64,000 bases of DNA. Origin: an uncultured Gemmatimonadales bacterium. Lineage in GTDB: Bacteria > Gemmatimonadota > Gemmatimonadetes > Gemmatimonadales > GWC2-71-9. The stretch covers positions 160,001-224,000 of the forward strand of contig CAWHFW010000005.1 in the NCBI GenBank assembly GCA_963828735.1. The letters are read 5' to 3'. The notes beneath the pieces are model-generated. The model was not told the origin of the DNA. It ran no database searches and saw nothing but the letters and a program-made list of their open reading frames with translations. Positions within the stretch are counted from its first letter, which is position 1. Every line of letters starts with the position of its first letter. A program made the translations under genes and the position numbers. This document shows positions 8,105 to 19,260 of the stretch, piece after piece.

Positions 8105-9200
8105 CGTGCGTCCCCCAGCTCGCCGGGCGCTCGTGCCGGTCCACGGCGGCCCGGATCCCCGCGCGATACCACAGCGCCGGAGCCTCGGGCGGGTCGGCAT
8201 AGATGCCGACCAGGCAGTCTCGCGGCTCGGGCGGCGGCGACCGCTCGGCGAGGTCGGTCGCGTCGTCGATCTCCGTCTGCACCCGCGCATCGATCGCCGC
8301 CAGCTCCTCGGTGCCGATCGCCTCGGTCGTCGTGAGCCGCTGGGCGTAGCGGTGGAGCGGGTCGTTCTCGCGGGCCCACCGGTCGATCTCGCCGCCGGGA
8401 ACGTACGACTGGTTGTCGTGCTCGGCGTGTCCCTTCCGGCGGTAGGTCATGAGCTCGATCAGCGTGACGCCCTCGCCGCGCCGCGCGCGGGCCACCGCGT
8501 CCCGGGTCACCTGGTAGGCCGCGATCACGTCGTTCCCGTCGGCGCGCACGCCGGGAATGCCGTAGCCCGCCGCTTTGTCGGCCAGCCGCTCGGCGGCGCA
8601 CTGCTTCGACGTGGGCGTGGAGTAGGCGTAGCGATTGTTCTCGATGATGACCACCAGCGGGCAGCGCTGGACCGCGGCCAGGTTGATCCCCTCGTGGAAG
8701 GCGCCGGTGGAGGTGGCGCCGTCGCCCACGTAGACGAGACCGACGCGCGGCTGCTTCCGCATCTTGAAGGAGAGCGTGACTCCGGCCATGACCGGCACCA
8801 TGTCGCCCAGATGGGAGATCTGGCCGATGAAGTTCCGCTCCTCCACGTCGCCGAAATGGATGTTGAGCTCGCGGCCCCGGGTCGGGGAGTCGCCCTTGGC
8901 CATGTACTGCCGCAGCACCTCGAGCGGCGCGGCGCCCTTGACCAGCATCGAGCCGAGGTTCCGGATCAGCGGGGACAGGACGTCCTCGCGTCCCAGCGCG
9001 TACGCGGTCCCGACCGCGCAGGCCTCCTGCCCCAGCGAGCGGAACAGTCCGCCGACGACCTTGGTCTGACGGTAGAGGTTGACCAGCCGCTCTTCGAGCG
9101 ACCGGGTCAGGCGCATCCAATAGTAGAGTTCGAGGAGTTGTTCCCGCGACAACCCCGCCCGGGCGGCCGGATCGGAGGCGAGAGTGCTGGTGACGGCCAT
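8097..9200 (-). CDS. 2-oxoacid dehydrogenase E1 alpha subunit (TPP-dependent)
   Basis: TPP motif GDGATSTGAFHEGIN...ENNRYAYS, TYRRKGH. Start ATG 9200. Confidence 0.93.
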   Translation of the reverse strand: MAVTSTLASDPAARAGLSREQLLELYYWMRLTRSLEERLVNLYRQTKVVGGLFRSLGQEACAVGTAYALGREDVLSPLIRNLGSMLVKGAAPLEVLRQYMAKGDSPTRGRELNIHFGDVEERNFIGQISHLGDMVPVMAGVTLSFKMRKQPRVGLVYVGDGATSTGAFHEGINLAAVQRCPLVVIIENNRYAYSTPTSKQCAAERLADKAAGYGIPGVRADGNDVIAAYQVTRDAVARARRGEGVTLIELMTYRRKGHAEHDNQSYVPGGEIDRWARENDPLHRYAQRLTTTEAIGTEELAAIDARVQTEIDDATDLAERSPPPEPRDCLVGIYADPPEAPALWYRAGIRAAVDRHERPASWGTHDG

Positions 9201-9365
9201 GCAAGTCCCGGTTGGAGGAGGCGTATTCCGGGCTGGAAAATCCACACCCGCAGGAGGAGAGTCAAGCGAGCGGCGCGCGCTGCCACGGACCGTCCGACTG
9301 CATAGTTATCTGGTCGCCTGCATATGCCGAACGGCCGCGCGAACGCCCGGTGCTCGGAGCCGCCG

Positions 9366-11018
9366 TCAGGCGAGCGACGGGAGGAACTGCGGCGCCTTCC
9401 GGTGGGTGGTGATCTGCTCGAACGCGAACGCCAGCCCGATGAGCACGGGCTCGCTCCAGACCGGGCCGATGAAGGAGAGATTCACCGGCAGGCCCCAGGC
9501 GTACCCCATCGGCACGCTGACGCTGGGGTAGCGCGCGACCGCCGCGGGCGTCGAGCTGGAGCCGGTGAAGTGGTCGCCGTTCACGAGATCGGTCGGCCAG
9601 GCCGGGTTCCCGGTCGGTGCGACCAGCGCGTCGAGGCGATGCTTCGCGATGACCACATCGAGTCCCTGCGCTCGCGCGAGCCGGCCGCACGTGGCCAGCG
9701 CCTTCTTGTAGCCCGCCTCGCTCAAGGGGCCTTTCGCCTCGGCCTGCACGAACAGCTCCTGCCCGAAATACGGCATCTCGCGCTCGCGCTCCCGCTCGTT
9801 GAACGCGATGACGTCGGCCAGCGAGCGCACCGGCGCCTTCGGGCCCAGGGCCGTGAGGTAGGCGTTGAGGTTGGCCTTGAGCTCGTAGAGCAGCACCTCC
9901 AGCTCGGCCGCGTCGTACTCGCCGGCGTGTGGAATGTCGGCCGGGTCGATCACGACCGCCCCTTCCCGTCGAAGAACCTCGATGGCCGCCTCGGCCAGGC
10001 GGTCGGTGACGTCGCTGTACCCGAAGAACTTCGCGCGCGCGACGCCGATGCGCGCGCCGCGCAGACCATCCTTCTTGAGGAACGCCGTGTAGTCCGCCTC
10101 GACGTGCCCGGTGGCGGCCGAGGTGGACGTGTCGCGCGGGTCGGCGCCGGCGAGCGCACTCAGCAGCGCCGCGGCATCGCTCACCGTCCGGCAGAGCGGA
10201 CCGGCCGTATCCTGCGTGTGGGAGATCGGGATGATTCCGGCGCGGCTCACGAGCCCGACGGTGGGCTTGATGCCGACCACGCCGTTGGCGGACGCGGGGC
10301 ATACGATCGAGCCGTCGGTCTCCGTCCCCACCGCCACCGCGCCGAAGTTGGCCGACACCGCCGCCGCCGAGCCGGAGCTCGAGCCGCAGGGATTGCGATC
10401 GAGCACGAACGGGTTGCGGCACTGGCCGCCGCGCGCGCTCCAGCCGCTCGACGATCGGTTGGACCGGATGTTGGCCCACTCGCTCATGTTCGCTTTGGCG
10501 AGGAGGACCGCGCCGGCCGCGCGGAGGCGCTCGGCCACGTGCGAGTCCTGGGTCGCGATCGAGCCCTCGAGGGCGAGGGACCCGGCCGTCGTCGTCATCC
10601 GGTCAGAGGTGTCGATGTTGTCCTTGAGGAGCACCGGAATACCGTGGAGCGGCCCCCGCGGCCCCTTCGCCGCCCGTTCCTCGTCCAGCTGCCTGGCCAG
10701 CTCGATCGCGTCCGGGTTGGTCTCGATGACGGCCTGGACCGACGGTCCGGTCCGGTCCATCGCGGCGATACGGGCGAGATACTGCTCCACGACGCCCCGC
10801 GCCGTGTAGCGACCCGAGGCCATGCCCGCCTGCAACTCGGCGACGGTGACCTCCTCGAGCTCGAACGGCGGCGCCGCCGGAGGTGAGTACGGAGGCGGCG
10901 CCGCCTCGGCGTTCGCGCGCGCGTCGGGTACTCCGATGCCGCCGGCCGCCGCCGCGCCGAGGACGGCCACGTGATTCAGGAACGCACGGCGGGCGAGCGG
11001 CTCGCGCGGATCGGGCAT
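9366..11018 (-). CDS. Amidase-signature family enzyme with Tat signal peptide
   Basis: ARRAFL twin-arginine motif after ATG 11018 (GGAG SD); LLKDNID, CGSSSGS, GTETDGSIVCP (Ser-cisSer-Lys triad). Confidence 0.92.
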   Translation of the reverse strand: MPDPREPLARRAFLNHVAVLGAAAAGGIGVPDARANAEAAPPPYSPPAAPPFELEEVTVAELQAGMASGRYTARGVVEQYLARIAAMDRTGPSVQAVIETNPDAIELARQLDEERAAKGPRGPLHGIPVLLKDNIDTSDRMTTTAGSLALEGSIATQDSHVAERLRAAGAVLLAKANMSEWANIRSNRSSSGWSARGGQCRNPFVLDRNPCGSSSGSAAAVSANFGAVAVGTETDGSIVCPASANGVVGIKPTVGLVSRAGIIPISHTQDTAGPLCRTVSDAAALLSALAGADPRDTSTSAATGHVEADYTAFLKKDGLRGARIGVARAKFFGYSDVTDRLAEAAIEVLRREGAVVIDPADIPHAGEYDAAELEVLLYELKANLNAYLTALGPKAPVRSLADVIAFNEREREREMPYFGQELFVQAEAKGPLSEAGYKKALATCGRLARAQGLDVVIAKHRLDALVAPTGNPAWPTDLVNGDHFTGSSSTPAAVARYPSVSVPMGYAWGLPVNLSFIGPVWSEPVLIGLAFAFEQITTHRKAPQFLPSLA

Positions 11019-11073
11019 CGGAGTCTCCTGGTGGGGCCGGCTCACGGGGGTGATGCTCCAAGATACACGTCGC

Positions 11074-11122
11074 AACGGAACGAAGGGGATGCGCCCGACG
11101 GGCACACCCCCTTCACTCCGTT
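11074..11122. terminator. Long GC hairpin between hppA and the amidase gene
   Basis: AACGGA.CGAAGGGG...GCCC GAC GGGC...CCCCTTC.CTCCGTT imperfect inverted repeat; no clear U-tract. Confidence 0.45.
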
Positions 11123-11159
11123 CACGCTGGCGCCGCGGATAGCGCGGCGCGTCCCGCCG

Positions 11160-13695
<2,536 letters not shown>

Positions 13696-13739
13696 CGGGT
13701 AACGCCTCCTGAGAAAGTGCGGTCGTGCGGGTACGGAAA

Positions 13740-14031
13740 TCAGTAGGCACCGATCGGACGGTGCGTCGGCTCTGCCATCGTGTGCACCACGGTCAGAAAG
13801 CGCTTGGCCAGCTTGTCGGCCTCGCTCTCCCCCACCTGGTTGGTCTCCACCGTCACGAGCAGGTAGTGGCCGCCATCGGCCTGGGCGGTGACGGCCGACC
13901 TGGCCGATGGTGCCGGTGAAGCGCCGGCGCCGGGCCTGCTCCTCGACCGGCGCCAGCCGCGCCCCGAAGAACTCGGTTGCGCGCGCCAGCACGGCGTCGG
14001 TGGAGAGGTGCGTGCGGTGGAAGTATTTCAC
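13740..14031 (-). CDS. Small hypothetical protein (about 96 aa, one apparent frameshift)
   Basis: AGGAG SD plus GTG 14031 MKYFHRTHLSTD...GTIGQV, continuing after one extra base near 13895 as AVTAQADGGHYLLVTVETNQVGESEADKLAKRFL...GAY*. Span is 3n+1. Confidence 0.7.
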
Positions 14032-14051
14032 GGTGCTCCTCGACCCGAGGC

Positions 14052-15382
14052 TCACGCCTCCTGGTAGTACTCGATGCCCAGGTGCGTGATCTGCTCCTCG
14101 CCCATCATGAATCGGAGCGTGTTCTTGAGCTTGGTCTGCTGGATGAAGAGGTCGTGCTCGGGGTACAGCCCGGGCGCCACCTGCGGGCTCTTGAAGTAGA
14201 AGGAGAGCCATTCCTGGATCCCGCTCAGGCCCGCGCGCTGCGCCAGGTCGAAGAACAGGGCCAGGTCGAGCACCAGCGGCGCGGCGAGAATGGAGTCGCG
14301 GCAGAGGAAATCGACCTTGATCTGCATCGGGTAGCCCAGCCACCCGAAGATGTCGATGTTGTCCCAGCCTTCCTTGTTGTCGCCGCGGGGCGGATAGTAG
14401 TTGATCCGCACCTTGTGGTACATCTCGCCGTAGAGCTCCGGGATACAGCTGCGGCTGCAGGATGTACTCGAGCACGCCGAGCTTGCGACTCTTCCTTGGT
14501 CTTGAAGCTCTCGGGATCGTCGAGCACCTCGCCGTCGCGGTTGCCCAGGATGTTGGTGGAGTACCATCCGGACACGCCCAGCATCCGCGCCTTGAACATC
14601 GGCGCGAGGACGGTCTTGATCATGGTCTGGCCGGTCTTGAAGTCCTTGCCGCCGATCGCGACGCCCTTCGACTTGGCCAGCCCTTCCATGGCGGGGAAGT
14701 CGCAGGTGAGGTTGGGCGCGCCATTGGCGAACGGGATGCCCTCCTGGATCGCGGCGTAGGCGTAGAGCATGGACGGGGCGATGGTCGTGTCGTTCGCGTC
14801 CATCGCCTTCTCGAACGCCTCGAGCGTCCAGTGGGCGGGTCCCGGGCTGATGAAGATCTCGGTGGACGCGCACCACACCATGACCAGCCGGTCGCAGCCC
14901 TGCTTGGCCTTGAAGTCGCGGATGTCCTTCCGCAGGGCCTCGGCCAGCTCGCGCTTGGTCTTGCCGGTCTTGACGTTCTTGCCCTCCAGCCGCTTCACGT
15001 AGTTCTGGTCGAACACCGCTGGCATCGGCTTGATGGCCTTGAGGAAGTCGGCGATCGGGTCGAGGTGCTCGTGGCGGTCCAGCACGCCCGCGTGGCGGGC
15101 GGCGGCGTACGCGTCGTCCGGCACCGGGTCCCAGGCGCCGAAGACGAGGTCCTTGAGATCCGCGAGGGGAACGAAGTCGCGGATGAGCGGCGCGCGGCCT
15201 TCGGTCCGCTTGCCGAGCCGGATGGTCCCCATCTGGGTGAGCGATCCGAACGGCTTCGCCGCTCCGCGCCGGATGTTCTCGACGCCGGCGATGAACGTCG
15301 TCGCCACGGCGCCCAGTCCGACGCAGAGCACTCCGAGCTTCCCCTTGGCCGGCGTGATGCGCCGGGCCGTCTGGTCAGGCAC
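14052..15382 (-). CDS. ino1: myo-inositol-1(3)-phosphate synthase (two apparent frameshifts)
   Basis: GLGAVATT, VWCASTE, GKDFKTGQT, WYSTNILGNRDG, GDNKEGWD, CRDSILAAPLVLDL. Extra bases near 14485 and 14440; span is 3n+2. Confidence 0.93.
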
Positions 15383-15385
15383 TGG

Positions 15386-16063
15386 CTAGCGTCCTTTCGC
15401 GAGAGTATCAAGCGGCACCCCGGCATCCCGCGTAGGGGACGGCACCTGGGGCGCGTCGGCGTTCCGGTAGACGTATACGAATCGCTGCACGACGGTGATC
15501 ACGGATGCCGCCGCGAGCAGGGCCACGATGCCCTCGAGCACCAGCGCGTGCGGGCCGGCGCCCACTGCCAGCGAGAACAGCCCGACCAGCAGGATCCGTT
15601 CGGCCCGCTGCGCGATGCCCACCTTGCAGTCGATGCCGAGCCCTTCGGCGCGCGCCCGGGCGTAGCTCACGAGCAGCGAGCTCAGAATGGCGACCATGCA
15701 CGCGATGGCGGCAGGAACCCGGTAGGCGACGTCCGGCGCGGTGAGGAAGAAGGCGCCGATCCCGATGAACGTGGCGCCGTCGCCCACCCGGTCGAGCGTC
15801 GAGTCGTAGAAGGCCCCGAACTTCGTGACCATCGCGCCGCCGCGCGCCACCTGGCCATCCAGCGTGTCCGCGATGCCGCTCACGAGCAGCAGCAATCCCC
15901 CGAGGCGGACGTGGCCGAGCCCAAAGGCCAACGCCGACACGAGCACGAGGCCGGTGCCGATGGTCGTAATCGTGTTCGGCCGCACGCCGGACCGGATCAG
16001 CCACGCCACGAGCGGATTCACCGTCGCGTAGAACGGCCTCTCCAGCGCACCCAGCAGCTTCAC
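15386..16063 (-). CDS. CDP-alcohol phosphatidyltransferase (PIP synthase-like)
   Basis: PNTIT, DTLDGQVAR...FGAFYDSTLDR signature, VSYARARAE, QRAER; 3 nt from the ino1 start. Confidence 0.9.
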   Translation of the reverse strand: MKLLGALERPFYATVNPLVAWLIRSGVRPNTITTIGTGLVLVSALAFGLGHVRLGGLLLLVSGIADTLDGQVARGGAMVTKFGAFYDSTLDRVGDGATFIGIGAFFLTAPDVAYRVPAAIACMVAILSSLLVSYARARAEGLGIDCKVGIAQRAERILLVGLFSLAVGAGPHALVLEGIVALLAAASVITVVQRFVYVYRNADAPQVPSPTRDAGVPLDTLAKGR

Positions 16064-16186
16064 GTCGTTGCGTCCCCCGGAGAGCGTGATTCCGGCCGGA
16101 CCCCGGGTGGGCGGCCGGGCGAAAGGATAACCGTGAGAACCGCTTAGGGCAATCGGACGATGGGCGACGATGCAGGTGGGTCGCGA

Positions 16187-17422
16187 TCACTCCGGATAGA
16201 TCAGAAACGGACGCCGCCGATCGACGAACCGGCGGAGTTCCGGCGCCCAGCTCGCGACGATCGAAGCGGGCGGCGCTCCCTCCTCGATCTGCTTCCTGAG
16301 CGTCGGTCCACCGGCCAGCCGATCGAAATGCACGGGAATCCAGGCGAACCGTGCGCCGCTCACGCCATACACGGCCGCGAGCAGGTGAACGGCGGTGGCC
16401 GTGGGATCGTAGCGCTCACGGTCCGTGACCGCGAGCCGGATACCGACGACGGCCGTGTCGGCGTACTTCCCGTCGCCTGGCCCGCTCGGCGTGAAGGTGA
16501 CGCCCTCGAATCGGACGCCGGGGAGTCCGTCACTTCGCACACGCGCGAGCACCGCGGCCGTGTCGAGCCACGGCGCCCCGATCTGCTGGAACGGCGCCTC
16601 GCTGCCCCGCCCCACGCTCAGGTTCGTGCCCTCGAAGAGGCAGAGACCGGGATAGTGGTAGAGCGCCTCGACCGCGCGGAGGTTCGGACTCGGCGGGATG
16701 AAGGGCAGCCCGGTGGCGTCGAGCGGCACCGCGCGCCGCCAGCCGGCGACCGGCACGACGCGGAGATCCGTCGTGAGCCCGAGGTCGGACCGGGCGAGAC
16801 GGGCGAGCTCTCCCAGCGTCATGCCGTAGCGCATCGGCACCGCGAGCTGGCCGACCGGCGTTCGATACGCGGTGTCCAGCACGTTGCCCTGGACCGCGCC
16901 GCCGATCGGGTCCGGACGGTCGAGGACCACCACGGCGACGCCACGGGCAGCGGCCGCGCGCATGACCTCGATGGTCGTGAACAGGTAGGTGTAGTAGCGC
17001 GCGCCGGCATCGGGCAGATCCACCAGCAGAATCTCGAGGCCCGCGAGCATCGTGTCGGTGGGGGCGGACGTTCGGCCGTAAAGACTGTAGATTGGAAGAC
17101 CGGTGGCCGAATCGATGGACGAGGCAACCGCGGCGCCCGGATCGGCCGCGCCTCGAAACCCGTGCTCGGGGCTGAACAGGGCCACGAGCCGCACCCCGGC
17201 CGCCTGTAGTCGCGCCACGTCGCTCACCCCTCGGGCATCCACACCCGCCTGGTTGGTCACGAGACCGATCCGGCGGCCGCGCACGACCGCGAGGCTGTCG
17301 CTCAGCAGGACGTCGATGCCCGGGCGCACCGCTCCGGACGCCGACGCCTGGGCCGCGGGGGCGTGCGTGCCGCAGCCGAGCGACCATCCGCAGAGTCCCA
17401 GCACCACGAGAGATCTGTGCAC
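16187..17422 (-). CDS. namZ: Exo-beta-N-acetylmuramidase (DUF1343/NamZ family), lipoprotein
   Basis: RIGLVTNQAG, LFSPEHGFRG, IYSLYG, GARYYTY, VLDRPDP, MRYGMTLGELA, PPSPNL, FEGTNLSVGRG. GTG 17422 with GAGGT SD; signal ending SLGC. Confidence 0.88.
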   Translation of the reverse strand: MHRSLVVLGLCGWSLGCGTHAPAAQASASGAVRPGIDVLLSDSLAVVRGRRIGLVTNQAGVDARGVSDVARLQAAGVRLVALFSPEHGFRGAADPGAAVASSIDSATGLPIYSLYGRTSAPTDTMLAGLEILLVDLPDAGARYYTYLFTTIEVMRAAAARGVAVVVLDRPDPIGGAVQGNVLDTAYRTPVGQLAVPMRYGMTLGELARLARSDLGLTTDLRVVPVAGWRRAVPLDATGLPFIPPSPNLRAVEALYHYPGLCLFEGTNLSVGRGSEAPFQQIGAPWLDTAAVLARVRSDGLPGVRFEGVTFTPSGPGDGKYADTAVVGIRLAVTDRERYDPTATAVHLLAAVYGVSGARFAWIPVHFDRLAGGPTLRKQIEEGAPPASIVASWAPELRRFVDRRRPFLIYPE

Positions 17423-19162
17423 TCCAAGTACCTCGCCCTGGTAGTGATCCTGCTTGGCGCCTGCGGGCAGCCGTCCGGCGTGGCCACGCCGTCGCCGATT
17501 CCAACGGCGGCGGAGGTCGGTCCCAAGACCGACGTCTCGACGCTGCTTGGCGAGCTGTCGGTGCGCGACAAGATCGCGCAGCTGGTGATCCCGTGGATTC
17601 CCGGCACCTACGCCGCCTACGACGACGGCGGGTTCGAGCGCGCCGAAGCCTGGGTGGACTCGCTGCACATCGGCGGCGTCATCGTCTCGATCGGCTCGCC
17701 GCTCGACGTGGCGGCCAAGCTCAATCGGCTTCAGCAGCGCTCCGCGTTGCCGCTGCTCGTCGCCTCCGACTTCGAGGGTGGCACCAGCCTTCGTCTCAAC
17801 GGCGGCACGCTCTTCCCTCCCAATATGGGCGTGGGCGCCACCGGGAGCGACAGCGCGGCGTACGACATCGGCCGGATCACGGCGCTCGAGGGCCGCGCGG
17901 TGGGAGTGCACCTCGCCTTCGCGCCGGTGGCGGACGTCAACAACAATCCGGCGAACCCGATCATCAATACGCGCGCCTTCGGCGAGGATCCGGTCCAGGT
18001 CGGCCGCATGGTCGCGGCGGAGGTGCGCGGCCTGCAGGACTTCGGCATGCTCGCGACGGCCAAGCACTTCCCCGGGCACGGCGACACCGGCACCGACTCG
18101 CATCTCGCCCTGCCCGTGATCTTCTCGTCGTGGGCGCGGCTCGACTCGGTCGAGCTGGTGCCGTTCCGGGCGGCCATCGCGGCGGGCGTGGACGTCGTGA
18201 TGTCGGCGCACATCGCGCTCCCGGGCCTCGACTCCGGCCTGGTGCGCCCTGGCACGGTGGCCCCCAACATCCTGACGGGCCTCTTGCGCGACTCGCTCGG
18301 CTTCCGGGGCATGATCGTGACCGACGCCCTCAACATGGCCGGCGTCGCCGATGCCTACGGGGCGGAGGCGGGGGTCCGCGCCTTCCTCGCGGGCGCCGAC
18401 CTGCTGCTGCAGCCCGCCGACCCGCGCGCCGCCATCGACGCGATGGAGCGGGCCGTAGCCCGCGGTGAGATCACGTCCGAGCGGCTCGACCGGTCGGTCC
18501 GGAAGCTCCTCGAGGCCAAGCGCGGCCTTGGCCTCTTCGTCCGGCGCACCGTGCCGCTCGACAGCATCCCCGCGGTCGTGGGCAGCGCGGCGTTCCAGGC
18601 GGACGCGGCGGCCATTGCCGCGCGCTCGATCGTGATGGTCAAGGATTCGGCCGGCGTCATCTACGGCCTTCGCGGCGCGCGGCCGCCCCTGACGCTCGTG
18701 ACCTACGCGGAGGAGGAGAACCGCACGGTCGGGTCGGCGCTCGCGGCCGAGCTCCGGGCGCAAGGCTTTCCCGTCTCGGTGGCACGGATCTGGCCCGCCA
18801 GCGGTGCCGCCAGTTACGATTCGGCCGCCGCCGCCCTCGGCCGGACGGCGGTGGCCGTGTTTGCGACGGCCGACCGACCCATCGCGGGACGCGGCACGAT
18901 CGGCTTGCCGGCGGCGCTCACCGATCTCATCGCCAGGACGGCCCGCGCGCGGCCGGCGGTGCTCGTATCGCTCGGCAACCCTTATCTGATCAGCGGCCTG
19001 CCCGAGGTGGGCTCGTACCTGATCGGCTGGCGCTCCAACGCGGTGACCGAGCAGGCTGTGGCTCGCGCGCTCGCCGGAGCGGCGCCGATCACCGGCCGTC
19101 TCCCGATCGCCCTTCCACCCGCCTATGCGCGTGGCTGGGGTCTGCAGCGCCACGTGCCGTAG
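17417..19162 (+). CDS. nagZ: GH3 beta-N-acetylglucosaminidase, lipoprotein
   Basis: KHFPGHGDTGTDSH (NagZ signature), ASDFEGG, FAPVADV, IVTDAL, C-terminal GH3 domain. GTG 17417 then MHSKYLALVVILLGAC lipobox. Confidence 0.92.
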   Translation: MHSKYLALVVILLGACGQPSGVATPSPIPTAAEVGPKTDVSTLLGELSVRDKIAQLVIPWIPGTYAAYDDGGFERAEAWVDSLHIGGVIVSIGSPLDVAAKLNRLQQRSALPLLVASDFEGGTSLRLNGGTLFPPNMGVGATGSDSAAYDIGRITALEGRAVGVHLAFAPVADVNNNPANPIINTRAFGEDPVQVGRMVAAEVRGLQDFGMLATAKHFPGHGDTGTDSHLALPVIFSSWARLDSVELVPFRAAIAAGVDVVMSAHIALPGLDSGLVRPGTVAPNILTGLLRDSLGFRGMIVTDALNMAGVADAYGAEAGVRAFLAGADLLLQPADPRAAIDAMERAVARGEITSERLDRSVRKLLEAKRGLGLFVRRTVPLDSIPAVVGSAAFQADAAAIAARSIVMVKDSAGVIYGLRGARPPLTLVTYAEEENRTVGSALAAELRAQGFPVSVARIWPASGAASYDSAAAALGRTAVAVFATADRPIAGRGTIGLPAALTDLIARTARARPAVLVSLGNPYLISGLPEVGSYLIGWRSNAVTEQAVARALAGAAPITGRLPIALPPAYARGWGLQRHVP

Positions 19163-19260
19163 CGGTCGCGACGCAGCTTCGAACCGAGCCACCTGGGTGT
19201 CGAGCCGGCACTCGCCGCCCAGGGTGAATCGAGCGGAATCCCTCACACCCGGGACCTCAG

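Noticed and set aside
17423..19246. 1019-aa ORF suggesting a giant NamZ fusion
   Set aside because: The first ~608 codons are the in-register antisense shadow of nagZ (Arg/Gly/His-rich, no motifs). A signal peptide and SD mark the real start at 17422.
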